NCBI GenBank assembly: GCA_038851755.1
Contig: JAWCKR010000003.1
Span: forward strand, 15,294 to 79,293
Length of the DNA: 64,000 bases
Reading direction: 5' to 3'
Source: Candidatus Hadarchaeales archaeon
GTDB lineage: Archaea > Hadarchaeota > Hadarchaeia > Hadarchaeales > WYZ-LMO6
This document shows positions 27,315-37,949 of the stretch, one piece after another. The notes under the pieces are model-generated. The model did not search any database and had not been told where the DNA came from. It was given only the letters and a program-made list of their open reading frames with translations. How positions within the stretch are numbered: the first letter of the stretch is position 1; the number at the start of each line of letters is the position of its first letter. A program made the translations under genes and the position numbers.

Positions 27315-30047
27315 CTATCCCTCCAGGACCTTCCTGAGACTCTCGAACGCCTTGTCCATGGCCTCTCTTAACCCCTCCGTTCTGGGGCCTCCCCCCTGCC
27401 CGAAGTTCTTCCTTCCACCCCCTCCTCCCCCCAGGGCCCTCGCCGCCAGGGAGGCCACCGCCCCGCAGTCCACCCCCTTCTCCACCGCCTTCTCGCCCGC
27501 CGCCAGGACCAGGCTGGCCACCCTGCCCGAGCTCCCCAGGATGACCACCGCGTGGGGGTCCCTGGCCATCTCCTCCGCCATCTTTATCATCTCCTCCGTT
27601 CTCGCTTCCCCCATCTCCTCCCTTATCACCAGGAACTCCCCCACCCTCGTTCCCTTCTCCCTCATGGTGGGAGAGGCCAGGCTCGCCAGTCTCTTCCTGA
27701 GGGCCTCCAGCTCCTTCTGCAGGAGCTTTTTCTCCTCCACCAGCTTCACCACCGCCTGCTCCAGACCCCCCTCCTGCACCCCCAGCAGGGAGACCAGCCT
27801 TCCCCTCTCCTCCTCCCTCCTCCTGATCTCCTCCAGCGCCGCCTTCCCCGCTGCGAACTCCAGCCTCTCCACCCCGTCCTGGATGCGCTCCGTGCGGAGA
27901 ATCTTCAGCATCCCTATCTCCCCCGTGCTCCCGCAGTGGGTGCCGGCGCAGGCCTGCGTGTTCCATCCCACCACCTCCACCACCCTCAGCTTCTTCCCGG
28001 GGACCACTCCCCCCTGGTAGAGCACGAAGCCGTACTTCCTCTCCGCCTCGTTCCTGTCCATGAACCGGGTCCGGATGGGCAGGTTGGCCAGGATGACCTC
28101 GTTGGCCCTCCTCTCTATCTCCGCCACCTCCTGGGGCTCCAGCCTCCTGAAGTGGGTGATGTCCAGCCTGGACCACTCCGGGTACTTCTGGGCCCCGTGC
28201 TGCCAGACGTGGTCACCCAGCACCCTCTTGGCCGCCTCCAGGAGCACGTGGGTGGCGGAGTGGTGGCGCATGAGGGAGCTCCTCCTCTCCCAGTCCAGCT
28301 TCCCCACCACCCTGTCCCCGGCCCTGAAGGGGTTGGAGGCAAGGCGATGGATCACCGCCTCCCCCACCTTCTCCACCTCCACCACCTCGGCCGTCTTCCC
28401 CTCTCCCTCCAAGATGCCTGCATCACCCTCCTGCCCTCCGCCCTCGGGGTAGAAGGCCGTGCGGTCCAGCACCACCTCGTTTCCCCTGCTCAGCACCACT
28501 CTTGCCCTGAACTCCCTCAGGTAGGGGTCCTCGTAGAACAGGAGCCTGGTGCGGGGTAGCCTCTCCTCCCTCCTTCCCTCCCCGGCCTCCACCTTCGCCC
28601 CCGAGGCGTGTCTCTCGGCCACCTTGATGTAGAAGTCCTCGGGGACCTCCACCTCCACCCCCATCTCCCTGCCCACTTCCCTCACGAGCTCCGGGGGCAG
28701 GCCGTGGCTGTCGTAGAACTCGAAGAGCTTCTCCTGCGGGAGGGAGGAGGCCTGCGATCTGAGGGAGGAGAGGGTCCTCTCCACCAGCCTCCTTCCCCTG
28801 GCGATGGCCTCGGCGTACCTCTTTTCCTCCAGCTCCACCACCTTCAGGATGTACCCCCTCCTCTCCTCGAGCTCGGGGTGGGAGAGGAAGTCCAGTTCCA
28901 TGCTCATGAGCTCTGGGAGGGGGAGCCTGAGCCCTGCCTCCCTGAGGAGCCTGAGGGTCCTCCTGAGCACCAGCCTGGCGAGGTACCCCTCCCTGGCGTT
29001 GCTGGGCGTGATCCCGTCCCCCAGCATGAAGGCCAGGCACCTGAGGTGATCGGCTATCGCGTACAGGGCCTCCAGCGGGACCATCCAGCGGTCCAGCTGC
29101 TCCCTGCTCATACCCGAACGCTCCGCCACCCTCTCCCTGAGCAGCGCCAGGTCCCTCCCGCTCTCCACGTCGATCAGGCCCGCTATCCTGGAATGCAGCT
29201 CCAGCAGCTCCTCCGGTGGCCTCTCCACTCCCGCCTCCCTCTCCAGCCTCCGGAGGAGGGGTCCGAACACGGCCTCGTACACGGACGTGCTCCCCTGGGA
29301 GATCCAGGAGATCCTCTCCAGCCCGTAGCCGGTGTCCACGATCTGCAGGGGGAGCTTCCTGTATTCCTTCCCCACCACCTCGTACCTCATGAAGACCAGG
29401 GTGGCCAGCTCCAGCCCCCTGGCGTTGACCTCGAAGTCCTCCCCTGCGTTCCCCCCTCCCTCCCAGAGGTCCTCCACGTAGTTGAGGTCCTCCCCCTTTA
29501 TCCCCAGCTCCTTGGTTAAGAACTCATGGCAGAGTTCCACCGTCCGATCGTTCCAGTAAACCCTTTTCTCCCTGGTGTTGAAGGCGTGGTGCCCCCCCAT
29601 GTGGAAGAGGGTGAGGTGTCTTCCCGACCTGCCCACGTTGTCTATGTCGTTCAGGCGGATGCTGGGCTGGCTCACCACCAGCGGGTTGGCGGGCGGGGGC
29701 ACCTGCCCGCTGGTGACCCAGGGCTGGAAGTCGGCTATGGAGGCGATGGTGAGGAAGATGTCATCCCTCCACCTGGCCACCACCGGGTACCTCCTGATCA
29801 CCTCGTGCCCCCTCCTTTCGAAGAACTTGAGGAAGGATCTCTCCACCTCCTTCAGGGAGAGCCTCTTCCTGGTGGGTGGCCTGCCTATGAAGGAGTACTC
29901 ATCGCAGGGCGTGTCGCCGCAGGTCCTCCTCTCGGGATCCAGGGTCCAGAACCACCTCCCGCACCCGGCGCACTTCCTCCTCTCGAAGCCCTCCTCCCTG
30001 AAGAGCTTCACCCTGTAGAGGCTGCCGGCCTTCTTGGAGCCCTGCAT
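27315..30047 (-). CDS. alaS: Alanyl-tRNA synthetase
   Basis: 910 aa. Class II catalytic core, editing domain (HSATHVL... C-x... motif) and C-terminal DHHA1-like domain. Confidence 0.95.
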   Translation of the reverse strand: MQGSKKAGSLYRVKLFREEGFERRKCAGCGRWFWTLDPERRTCGDTPCDEYSFIGRPPTRKRLSLKEVERSFLKFFERRGHEVIRRYPVVARWRDDIFLTIASIADFQPWVTSGQVPPPANPLVVSQPSIRLNDIDNVGRSGRHLTLFHMGGHHAFNTREKRVYWNDRTVELCHEFLTKELGIKGEDLNYVEDLWEGGGNAGEDFEVNARGLELATLVFMRYEVVGKEYRKLPLQIVDTGYGLERISWISQGSTSVYEAVFGPLLRRLEREAGVERPPEELLELHSRIAGLIDVESGRDLALLRERVAERSGMSREQLDRWMVPLEALYAIADHLRCLAFMLGDGITPSNAREGYLARLVLRRTLRLLREAGLRLPLPELMSMELDFLSHPELEERRGYILKVVELEEKRYAEAIARGRRLVERTLSSLRSQASSLPQEKLFEFYDSHGLPPELVREVGREMGVEVEVPEDFYIKVAERHASGAKVEAGEGRREERLPRTRLLFYEDPYLREFRARVVLSRGNEVVLDRTAFYPEGGGQEGDAGILEGEGKTAEVVEVEKVGEAVIHRLASNPFRAGDRVVGKLDWERRSSLMRHHSATHVLLEAAKRVLGDHVWQHGAQKYPEWSRLDITHFRRLEPQEVAEIERRANEVILANLPIRTRFMDRNEAERKYGFVLYQGGVVPGKKLRVVEVVGWNTQACAGTHCGSTGEIGMLKILRTERIQDGVERLEFAAGKAALEEIRRREEERGRLVSLLGVQEGGLEQAVVKLVEEKKLLQKELEALRKRLASLASPTMREKGTRVGEFLVIREEMGEARTEEMIKMAEEMARDPHAVVILGSSGRVASLVLAAGEKAVEKGVDCGAVASLAARALGGGGGGRKNFGQGGGPRTEGLREAMDKAFESLRKVLEG

Positions 30048-30077
30048 CCCAGAATCCTCCCCTTCCGGGAGTTAAAA

Positions 30078-31004
30078 CTACCTTCCCTTCAGCGCCCCCA
30101 GGATGAGGGGGAGGCAGAGGGTGGCGTCCCCCTCCACCGTGACGTGCTTGGCCCCCCTTCCGATCTTCCCCCAGGAGATGGCCTCGTGGGTCCTGGCCCC
30201 GGAGAGGCTTCCGTCGTACTCGTGGGCGGTGGTGAGGTAGACGGCGTAGCTCAGCCCTCCCCCGAACTGGGCCCACCAGATCAGGTGGTGCTTGCTTATC
30301 CCCCCTCCCACGATGAGGGCCCCCATCCTCCTGGAGGACCACACCCTCTCGCTCAGGAGGCTCTCGTCCTTCATGGGGTCGACCTTCAGCTCGTGGTCCT
30401 GGCAGAAGGACCAGAGCTGGTAGCCCACGGCCCCGTCCGTCACTCCAGGCACGATGACGGGGACCTTCCTCCTGTAGCACCAGTACAGGAAGGAATCGTT
30501 CTTGCGGATCCACCTGCCCAGCTCCCAGCAGAGCTCGTGGGTGGAGAGCTCCCTCCTCCCCGACCGGTAAAGCTCCTCCAGGAACCTCTGCATCTTCTCC
30601 TCTATCAGGAGGCCGTAGGAGGAGTCGGGAACGAAGACGTTCCCCAGCCTGCTGATCCCCCTCTTCCTCAGCTCCCCGTCATCCACGTGGAAACTCCCGT
30701 GGTAGTACTCCCGGTAGCTCCTGGCCAGGTCGTGGTCCAGCGTTCCGCAGGTGGTTATCACGAGGTCGAAGAAGCCCTCCCTCACGAAGTCCCTCAGCAC
30801 GCCCCTGGTGCCCGTGGCCATGAGGCAGGCCGGGAAGGAGAGCATCTTGAAGCACTCCCGGTCGGAGAGCATCTCCCTGAGGATCTCCACCCCCCTGGCG
30901 AGGAGCTGGGCGTTGAAGCCCCCGCAGGACCCCATCTGCTCCATCAGGTCCGCTATCCTCGTGCGTGAGGAGACCCTGAGGTCCTTAACCGCTCGCCCCT
31001 TCAT
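30078..31004 (-). CDS. dys: Deoxyhypusine synthase
   Basis: 308 aa. Typical DHS NAD-binding GG.SKHH-like motifs (LIVGGGISKHHLIW). Confidence 0.9.
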   Translation of the reverse strand: MKGRAVKDLRVSSRTRIADLMEQMGSCGGFNAQLLARGVEILREMLSDRECFKMLSFPACLMATGTRGVLRDFVREGFFDLVITTCGTLDHDLARSYREYYHGSFHVDDGELRKRGISRLGNVFVPDSSYGLLIEEKMQRFLEELYRSGRRELSTHELCWELGRWIRKNDSFLYWCYRRKVPVIVPGVTDGAVGYQLWSFCQDHELKVDPMKDESLLSERVWSSRRMGALIVGGGISKHHLIWWAQFGGGLSYAVYLTTAHEYDGSLSGARTHEAISWGKIGRGAKHVTVEGDATLCLPLILGALKGR

Positions 31005-31028
31005 GAGCTCCCGTCAGAGGAAAAGGGT

Positions 31029-31337
31029 TCAGCCGAAGAGGGAGGCCAGACCGGCCATGGCTTCCTCTTCCTTCTTCTCCTCCTCTTCCTTCTTCTCCTC
31101 CTTCTTCTCCTCGGCCTTCGGAGGAGCGGGAGCCGCCTGCGCGGCGGGTGCCACGGCCATCGCTGAGGCCCCCTTCAGGACCTCCTCGATGTTCACCCCC
31201 TCCAGCGCGGAGAGGAGGGTCTTCACCCTGGCCTCGTTCACCTCTATGCCCGCCGCCTTCAGCACGTTCGTCAGGCTCTCCTCATCGGGCTTCTTGCCCG
31301 CGGCGTGCAACAGCATCACGGCGTGCACATACTCCAA
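31029..31337 (-). CDS. rpl12: 50S ribosomal protein L12 (P1 stalk protein)
   Basis: 102 aa. TTG start preceded by AGGAGG. Alanine-rich hinge and acidic tail [23 protein letters not shown]. Confidence 0.85.
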   Translation of the reverse strand: MEYVHAVMLLHAAGKKPDEESLTNVLKAAGIEVNEARVKTLLSALEGVNIEEVLKGASAMAVAPAAQAAPAPPKAEEKKEEKKEEEEKKEEEAMAGLASLFG

Positions 31338-31380
31338 TTTTCTACCTCCTGAGAGGACTCATCCCCTTACTCTTACCCCT

Positions 31381-32253
31381 TTATGAACCTTTCCCCTCCT
31401 CCAGCTTCGAGGAGAGGTGAAGGGCCTGGAGGTGCGCCCTGGCCAGGAGCTCGGGCAGGGTCTCCCTGGTGGGGAAGGCCGGGGAGAGGGCCCTGGCCAG
31501 GGCGAGGGCGTTCAGGTGGGATTTGAGGAGCAGCTGAGGTACCGTGAGTGCGGTGGGGTATTCGAGGCCCAGGGCCAGGGCGAGGGCCTGCTGGTGCGCC
31601 CTCAGGAGTTCTCCCCTCACCACCTCCTCGTCCAGCTCGAGCAGGTCCCCCGAGTAGATCAGGCCTTCACCGTAGGCTGCCCGCAGCCTGAGGAGGAGAT
31701 CCACCGGCTCCACCCCGATTTTGAGGAGGAGGTCGGCGATCTCCTTCGTAATCACCTCCCCCGCCCTGATCACCGTGAAGTCCTCCGCGACCACCACCTT
31801 CCCAGCCTGCACCCTGGCCTTCACCCCGGCCCTCTGCAGCTCGCTGACCACGGGCCCGGGAGGGAAGTCCGTCTCCCCGGCCTTGATGACCACTTCCGTC
31901 GAGGAGACCCTGCCCGGCTTGGCAGGGGCCTTCTCCCTCTCCTCCTTCAGGAGGCGGTTGAGCTTGACGGGGGGGAGGTCGGTGAAGAGGAGGGCGCTCT
32001 GGCCTTTCACGTGCTCCAGCAGCCCCTCCAGCCCCTTCCTCTCCTTGGAGGCCTCCGAGAGGGCCAGCCTGATGAGGGTGTTCTTGGCCACCAGGATCTC
32101 CCCCTTCCCCCTGAGCTTTTCCCTGAGCCTCTGGAAGAGGTGGGAGGGAAAGCCCTCGAAGTCCACCACGCCCACCACCTTGGAGGAGAGAAGCTTCTCC
32201 TTCAGCTCCTGCAGCGTCTCGGTCTTCCAGGCCGGGTAGGAGGTCCTCTTCAT
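31381..32253 (-). CDS. rpl10: 50S ribosomal protein L10 (P0)
   Basis: 290 aa. L10 N-domain, conserved position between rpl1 and rpl12. Lacks the usual acidic C-terminal tail. Confidence 0.85.
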   Translation of the reverse strand: MKRTSYPAWKTETLQELKEKLLSSKVVGVVDFEGFPSHLFQRLREKLRGKGEILVAKNTLIRLALSEASKERKGLEGLLEHVKGQSALLFTDLPPVKLNRLLKEEREKAPAKPGRVSSTEVVIKAGETDFPPGPVVSELQRAGVKARVQAGKVVVAEDFTVIRAGEVITKEIADLLLKIGVEPVDLLLRLRAAYGEGLIYSGDLLELDEEVVRGELLRAHQQALALALGLEYPTALTVPQLLLKSHLNALALARALSPAFPTRETLPELLARAHLQALHLSSKLEEGKGS

Positions 32254-32903
32254 CCCTTCATCCCCAGTTTCACGGGTTTGCCCATGGTGGTCTTCAGGTA
32301 AACGGCCTTGATGCGCCCCTTTCCCTTCTGCAGGGCCGTCTCCAAGGCCTCCAGCACGCTGAGGGCGTTCTCCGCCACCTTCTCCTCGGGCATCTCCTCG
32401 CTCCCTATCCTGGCCCTGATGGCGGGCTGGTCCCTGGTCCTGAGGAAGAGGAGCTTGCGGTACCTTTCCAGGACCTGCTGCAGGTTCACGTTCGGGGGCA
32501 GGGGCTTCGGGATCTTGTCCCTCGGGCCCAGGATGCGTCCGAGCAGCCTCCCGGCGAGGGGCATGAGGTCCGGCTGCGCCAGGAACACATCGTACTCCCT
32601 GGCCAGCCTCTTGGCCTTCTTGGGGTTCTTCCCCAGCTCCTCCAGCTCCGCCCTGGAGAGCACCAGGTCGGCTCCAGCCTCCTTCGCCCTGAGGGCCATC
32701 TCACCCTCCGCGAAGAGGGCCACCTTCCTCTTCCTGCCGTTGCCGTGGGGCAGGAGGGCCTCGAAGGAGATCCTCTCCTCCGTCTTCTTCAGGTCGAGGT
32801 TCTCCAGCGTCACCTGCAGCTCCAAACCCTGCTTGAACTTCCTACCTTTCCCGGCCTCCTTTGCCTGTTTCACGGCCTCCTTCAGGGCCTCCTTCGAGAT
32901 CAT
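32250..32903 (-). CDS. rpl1: 50S ribosomal protein L1
   Basis: 217 aa canonical L1. 4-nt overlaps with rpl10 and rpl11. Confidence 0.9.
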   Translation of the reverse strand: MISKEALKEAVKQAKEAGKGRKFKQGLELQVTLENLDLKKTEERISFEALLPHGNGRKRKVALFAEGEMALRAKEAGADLVLSRAELEELGKNPKKAKRLAREYDVFLAQPDLMPLAGRLLGRILGPRDKIPKPLPPNVNLQQVLERYRKLLFLRTRDQPAIRARIGSEEMPEEKVAENALSVLEALETALQKGKGRIKAVYLKTTMGKPVKLGMKG

Positions 32904-33364
32904 TTCAGTTCCTCCTCGTACTTTCCTTCCTCTATCTCCCTCTGGACCTCCCTGGGGTCCTTACCCTCCACCGTCACCCCCATGCTCTTGCAGGTGCCCA
33001 GCACCTCCTTCACCTTGCTCTTCAGGTTCTTCCCCCCCTTCTCCTTGGCGATCTTGACCACCTGTGAGAGGGAGAGGTTGCCCACGGTTTCCTTCCCCGC
33101 GGTCTTGGCCCCCTTCTCCACCCCCAGCTCCCTCTTCACCAGGACGGAGACGGGCGGGGAGCCCACCTCCACCTGGAACTCCTTGGTCTTACGGTCCACG
33201 GTGAGGATGACGGGGACCTTCATCCCGCTGAACTTGGAGGTGGCCTGGTTTATCCTCTGGACCACCTGCCCCACGTTCACCCCCAGCGGTCCCAGGGCGG
33301 GTCCGAGCGGGGGGCCGGGGTTGGCCTTCCCGCCTTCCACCAGAAGCTTTATCCGGGCTTTCAT
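32900..33364 (-). CDS. rpl11: 50S ribosomal protein L11
   Basis: 154 aa, [26 protein letters not shown] canonical L11 N-terminus. Confidence 0.9.
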   Translation of the reverse strand: MKARIKLLVEGGKANPGPPLGPALGPLGVNVGQVVQRINQATSKFSGMKVPVILTVDRKTKEFQVEVGSPPVSVLVKRELGVEKGAKTAGKETVGNLSLSQVVKIAKEKGGKNLKSKVKEVLGTCKSMGVTVEGKDPREVQREIEEGKYEEELK

Positions 33365-33417
33365 CGAAACACCACCCTCTCATCCGCTAAAAAGCTTCCT
33401 TTCAGGGCCCTGCGAAC

Positions 33418-33900
33418 TCACTTCTCCTCGGCGCCTTTCTTCTGTATCACCTTCACGGACTCCGACTTGACGGTCACGGGTATGGGCACGGTGGCTTCGA
33501 AGAACTCCACTGTGACCTCCTCCTTCTCCTTGTCCACCTGCACGATCCTAGCCCTCTCCCCCTTGAAAGGCCCGGAGGAGATCTCCACGAGGTCCCCCAC
33601 CTCCATCCTCGTCACGGAGGGTTTGGGGACGAGGTACTGCTCCAGCTCTTCCATCGAGAGCTCACCCGAGACCATGCCCCTGGCGTGCTTCACCCCCGTT
33701 CTGGCCTTCTCCACCGAGCTCCTCCCGTAGGCCTCCACGAAGAGGTATCCCGAGAGGTTGGCCGGGGCCATCACGGCCAGGATGGGGAGGTTCTGCTTCT
33801 TGGCGTGGGTGATGAGCACGTCCGCCGTGTTCTTCTCCTGCCCCACCGTGACCCTTATGGCGTAGATGGAGGGCCGCTGGGCTTCCTCCTTCTCCTCCAA
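33418..33900 (-). CDS. spt5: Transcription elongation factor Spt5 (NusG)
   Basis: 160 aa. NGN domain plus KOW motif (GDLVEISSGPFKGERARIVQV). Confidence 0.9.
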   Translation of the reverse strand: MEEKEEAQRPSIYAIRVTVGQEKNTADVLITHAKKQNLPILAVMAPANLSGYLFVEAYGRSSVEKARTGVKHARGMVSGELSMEELEQYLVPKPSVTRMEVGDLVEISSGPFKGERARIVQVDKEKEEVTVEFFEATVPIPVTVKSESVKVIQKKGAEEK

Positions 33901-33903
33901 GCT

Positions 33904-34071
33904 TCAGCCACCCCCTAGGATGAGGTAGCCCACCGACATGATGAGGAACCCCACCACGCCGATGAGCAGCACCCCCAGGCCCGTGACCTTGGAGGCCTCC
34001 GTGAACTCCTCCTGGCTGGGTTTCCTGGCTATCAGGAGGACACGCTTCATCTCGCTCAGCCTGAGGGTCAT
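33904..34071 (-). CDS. secE: Protein translocase subunit SecE (Sec61 gamma)
   Basis: Not in ORF track. Hand translation [55 protein letters not shown] (55 aa, single C-terminal TM). Start overlaps the ftsZ stop (ATGA). Confidence 0.75.
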   Translation of the reverse strand: MTLRLSEMKRVLLIARKPSQEEFTEASKVTGLGVLLIGVVGFLIMSVGYLILGGG

Positions 34072-35180
34072 ATGCTCTTCAGCCCCAGGTCTATCTGCTC
34101 GGGTCTGAGCTTGGGAGTGGGCGGTTTCGCCTGGGAGTGCGGCGAGTACACCCCCGTGACCACCAGCAGGACCCTGAGGTTGTTCTTCATCTCCTCATAG
34201 ATCTGGGCCCCGCATATCACGTACGCTTCGGGGTCGAGCACCTCCGAGACCTTGCCGAAGACCTTCCCGGCCTCGCTGAGGGTGAGGCTCGGTCCCCCCA
34301 CCACGTTGATCAGGGCGCGCTTGCCCCCGGAGATGTCCGCCTCCAGCAGAGGACTGTGGATGGCCTCCTCCACCGCCTCTTCCGCCCTGTTCTCCGCGTC
34401 TGACTCCCCTATCCCTATCAGGGCAGTTCCGCTGTCCTTCAGGACGGTCTCCAAATCCGCGAAGTCCAGGTTGATGAGCCCCGGTTTCGTTATGGTCTCC
34501 GTTATGCCTTTCACGGCGTTCATGATGATCTGATCGGCCACCTTGAAGGCCGCCCCCATGGGCAGTCCTGGGGCCAGCTCCAGAAGCTTGTCGTTGGGGA
34601 TCACGATCACCGCGTCCACGTTCTGCTTGAGCCTCTCCAGCCCGGTCCTGGCGTTGAGCATCCTCCTGTTTCCCTCCACCCTGAAGGGGAGGGTCACCAC
34701 GGCCACGGTGAGGGCGTCGAGCTTCTTGGCGATCTCGGCCACCACCGGCGCCGCCCCCGTTCCCGTTCCCCCTCCCAGCCCGCAGGTGATGAAGATCATG
34801 TCTGCCCCATACAGGTGGTCTTTTATCAGGTCCTCGTCCTCGCGGGCCGCTTGCTCCCCCTTGGAGGGGTCGGCCCCAGCCCCCAGGCCTCCGGTGGTCT
34901 GTTTGCCTATCAGCAGCTTCCGGTCGGCAAGCGTGTAGAGGAGGTCCTGGGCGTCCGTGTTGATGGCGATGGTCTCGGCCCCGTAAATTCCCACCTCCAT
35001 CATCCTGGAGAGCGTGTTTCCCCCGCTCCCCCCGCACCCGACCACCAGGGTTTTCACTGTCGCCTTTTCCTGGATTTCCTTCAGCTCCTGATCGGTGTAT
35101 CCCTTGCCCCCCGGTTTGGCCACCTTGCCCAGGTCAGAGATGCCTGGCTTCACAGGATTCGCGGAGGATGAGGCACTCAT
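34068..35180 (-). CDS. ftsZ: Cell division GTPase FtsZ
   Basis: GGGTGTG tubulin signature and NxDxxD T7 loop. Start taken at Met125 (MSASSSANP...) of ORF 34068..35552. Upstream 124 codons are Gly/Arg-rich and not FtsZ-like. Confidence 0.9.
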   Translation of the reverse strand: MSASSSANPVKPGISDLGKVAKPGGKGYTDQELKEIQEKATVKTLVVGCGGSGGNTLSRMMEVGIYGAETIAINTDAQDLLYTLADRKLLIGKQTTGGLGAGADPSKGEQAAREDEDLIKDHLYGADMIFITCGLGGGTGTGAAPVVAEIAKKLDALTVAVVTLPFRVEGNRRMLNARTGLERLKQNVDAVIVIPNDKLLELAPGLPMGAAFKVADQIIMNAVKGITETITKPGLINLDFADLETVLKDSGTALIGIGESDAENRAEEAVEEAIHSPLLEADISGGKRALINVVGGPSLTLSEAGKVFGKVSEVLDPEAYVICGAQIYEEMKNNLRVLLVVTGVYSPHSQAKPPTPKLRPEQIDLGLKSI

Positions 35181-35209
35181 CGTCTCAGTGAAGAGAGGTT
35201 TTTTTGGTT

Positions 35210-36022
35210 TTAAACCTTTTGAGAAAGAGACTGTTTCACCGTGAGTCTGGTTATCCCCAGCTCCCTCGAGGCCTCCACCACCACTTTCTTCTGCTCGGAG
35301 TTCAGTCCCTCCTCGTCCGAGAGGATGAGCCCCGCTCCCCCTCGGGTTTTTAGGACGGCCTCCCGGAGCAAAGCCCTGGTGAGGGGGGCATACTTGGGCA
35401 AGAGGTGCCCCACCCAGTACTTGGTCTTGAGGACCGCCTCCGTGTGCCTGGGGGCGTAGTGGGGCCCTCCCACCCCTACCGCCCTGAGGCACTCTGCAGG
35501 GGGTGAGAGAACGGCCCTCGCCACTGCCTCCCCTGCTTCTCCCCTGACCCACTCCTCCTTTTCGCTCCCTATCTCCACGAAGGTCACGGGCACGCTAAGG
35601 CCGGTGGGACCGTGGTGCGTGGCCTCCAGGCACACCCGGTGGGGCAGGTCCATCTCCTCCTTCACGAGCTGGAGGGAGCGGAGGATGGAGCCCACCGTCT
35701 CGGGTTTTGCCACCGCCAGCCTCCCCTCTGCGGGCTCCCCAGGGACATGCACGGAGAGGGTGGGGATGCCAGAGGTGCTGGCGTGTCTGGAGAGGACCAG
35801 CACCTCGCTGGCCGGGAAGGGGAGGGACTCCATCCTCAGGGGATCCCCCTCGAAGGGCAGGAGCACGGAGTCGCCGTACCGGTAGACCTTTCCAAGCTTT
35901 TGGAAAGGATAGAGCTTGAGGAGGTGTCGGCAGATGTTTTCCGCCGCCGGGTCCTTCAGCGAGGCCAGAAGCAGCCTGGTGCCCCTTTCTTGCCCCCTTC
36001 TCCCCTCGGAAGGAGAATTCAT
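35210..36022 (-). CDS. dtdA: D-aminoacyl-tRNA deacylase, archaeal type (DTD2/DtdA)
   Basis: 270 aa, LEATHHGP motif of PF04414. Start overlaps the acs stop (ATGA). Confidence 0.75.
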   Translation of the reverse strand: MNSPSEGRRGQERGTRLLLASLKDPAAENICRHLLKLYPFQKLGKVYRYGDSVLLPFEGDPLRMESLPFPASEVLVLSRHASTSGIPTLSVHVPGEPAEGRLAVAKPETVGSILRSLQLVKEEMDLPHRVCLEATHHGPTGLSVPVTFVEIGSEKEEWVRGEAGEAVARAVLSPPAECLRAVGVGGPHYAPRHTEAVLKTKYWVGHLLPKYAPLTRALLREAVLKTRGGAGLILSDEEGLNSEQKKVVVEASRELGITRLTVKQSLSQKV

Positions 36023-37911
36023 TTTCCCTTCTTCAGGAGACTCTTGAACTCATCCACCACGGCAGGGTCCTCTATGGTGGAATAGTCACCCAGTGGCTGG
36101 TCGGACAGGAGGGCCCTGATGAGCCTCCTCATAATTTTCCCGCTCCTGGTCTTGGGCAGCCTGTTCACGAAGAAGAAACCCCCGAACACTATGAGGGGGC
36201 CCATCAGGTTCCTCACCTTCTCCCTTATCTCCTCCTTGAGCCTCTCGGAGGGTGAGAAGCCTCCCTTCAGCACCACGAAGGCGCAGGCCACCTCCTTCCT
36301 CACGGGATCAGGCATCCCCACCACAGCAGCCTCCGCCACCGCGGGGTGGGAGAGGAGGGCGCTCTCCACCTCGATGGCCCCTATCCTGTGCCCCGAGATC
36401 TTTATCACCTCGTCCGTTCTGGCGATGAACCAGAGGTATCCGTCCTCGTCCTTCTTGGCGGCGTCACCCGTGTAGTAGTAGGGAGGAATCCTGTTCCAGT
36501 ACTCTTCCACGTACCTGCCTTCAGCCCTCCACAGGGTCTGGATGAGGCCGGGGAAGGGCTTCTTGACGACGAAGATTCCCTCCACCCCGGGAGGAACGGG
36601 ATTACCCTTCTCGTCCACCACCTCCCCCTCCACGCCAGGCAGGGGAATGGTGGCCGACCCTGGCTTGATGGGGAGGAGGGAGATACCGTACGGGTTCCCC
36701 ACGATGGGTCCTCCCGTCTCGGTCTGCCACATGTGGTCCACCACGGGTGCCCTGTCCTTCAGCACCGTTTTCTGCAACCACTCCCAGGCAGGGGGATTGA
36801 GGGGTTCCCCGGCGGAGGCCACGAACTTGATGGAGCTGAGGTCGTGTTTGGAGGGGAGCTCATCCCCGTACTTCATGAGGGTGCGGATGAGGGTGGGCGA
36901 GACCCACATCTTAGTGACCTTGTGTTTCTCCACCAGCTTCCAGAGGATGTCGGGGGAGGGATAGTCTGGGGTACCCTCGTACATCAGGGTGGTGGCTCCC
37001 GCCAGCAGGGGCCCGAAGAGCACGTAGCTGGATCCCACGATCCAGCCTATGTCGGAGAGGCAGAACCACACGTCCTTCTCCTCCAGCCCGTAGACCCACT
37101 TCCCCATGGCGTACACGTAGACCTGGTATCCTCCGTGCGTGTGCAGGGCCCCCTTGGGCTTGGCGGTGGTTCCTGAGGTGTAGAGGATGAAGGCGGGTTC
37201 GTTTGCCTCCATGGGGACCAGTTCCGCATCCTCCTTCTTTCCCAGCTTCAGGGCCTCGTCCCAGTAGAGGTCCCTTCCCTCCTTCATCTCCGCACCCTTT
37301 CCCCTCCTCAGGACCACCACCTTCTCCACCCGGTTGGGGGACTCCAGTGCCCTGTCCACGATTTCCTTCAGGTGGATGGGGGTTCCCCTGCGGTAGGCGA
37401 GGTCGGAGGTGAGCACCACCTTCGCGTCGGCGTCGGCTATCCTCTCGGCCAACGCGTGGTACCCGAAGCCGGCGAAGACGGGGGAGTAGATAGCCCCTAT
37501 CCTGAGGCAGGAGAGGATTCCTATCGCCGCTTCGGGGACCATGGGCATGTAGAGGGTTACCCTGTCACCCTTCTTCACCCCCATAGCCCTCAGGACGGAG
37601 GAGAACCTCTTCACCTCCTCCAGGAGCTCTCTGTAGGTCAGAAGCTTGCTTTCTCCCGTCTCAGCTGACTCCCAGATCAGGGCGGGCTTGTTGCCCCTTC
37701 CCTTTTCCACCTGGCGGTCCAAGCAGTTGTAGGAGATGTTGGTGGTCCCCCCCACGAACCATTTGAAGAAGGGGTACTTCCCCTTCTCGAAGACCTTTTG
37801 GTATTTCTCGAACCAGTGGAGCTCCTCCGCCACCTTGCCCCACAGCTTCTCAGGGTTCTTTCTCCCCAGCTCCATCATTTTCTGGAGTTCTGGCGGTAGA
37901 GTGAGGGCCAT
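36019..37911 (-). CDS. acs: Acetyl-CoA synthetase (AMP-forming)
   Basis: 630 aa. AMP-binding motif YTSGTTAKPKG, hinge and C-terminal K. Confidence 0.9.
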   Translation of the reverse strand: MALTLPPELQKMMELGRKNPEKLWGKVAEELHWFEKYQKVFEKGKYPFFKWFVGGTTNISYNCLDRQVEKGRGNKPALIWESAETGESKLLTYRELLEEVKRFSSVLRAMGVKKGDRVTLYMPMVPEAAIGILSCLRIGAIYSPVFAGFGYHALAERIADADAKVVLTSDLAYRRGTPIHLKEIVDRALESPNRVEKVVVLRRGKGAEMKEGRDLYWDEALKLGKKEDAELVPMEANEPAFILYTSGTTAKPKGALHTHGGYQVYVYAMGKWVYGLEEKDVWFCLSDIGWIVGSSYVLFGPLLAGATTLMYEGTPDYPSPDILWKLVEKHKVTKMWVSPTLIRTLMKYGDELPSKHDLSSIKFVASAGEPLNPPAWEWLQKTVLKDRAPVVDHMWQTETGGPIVGNPYGISLLPIKPGSATIPLPGVEGEVVDEKGNPVPPGVEGIFVVKKPFPGLIQTLWRAEGRYVEEYWNRIPPYYYTGDAAKKDEDGYLWFIARTDEVIKISGHRIGAIEVESALLSHPAVAEAAVVGMPDPVRKEVACAFVVLKGGFSPSERLKEEIREKVRNLMGPLIVFGGFFFVNRLPKTRSGKIMRRLIRALLSDQPLGDYSTIEDPAVVDEFKSLLKKGK

Positions 37912-37949
37912 CCTCCCCCTTTTCTCCCCTCCCTTAAAAAGGTGCTTGC

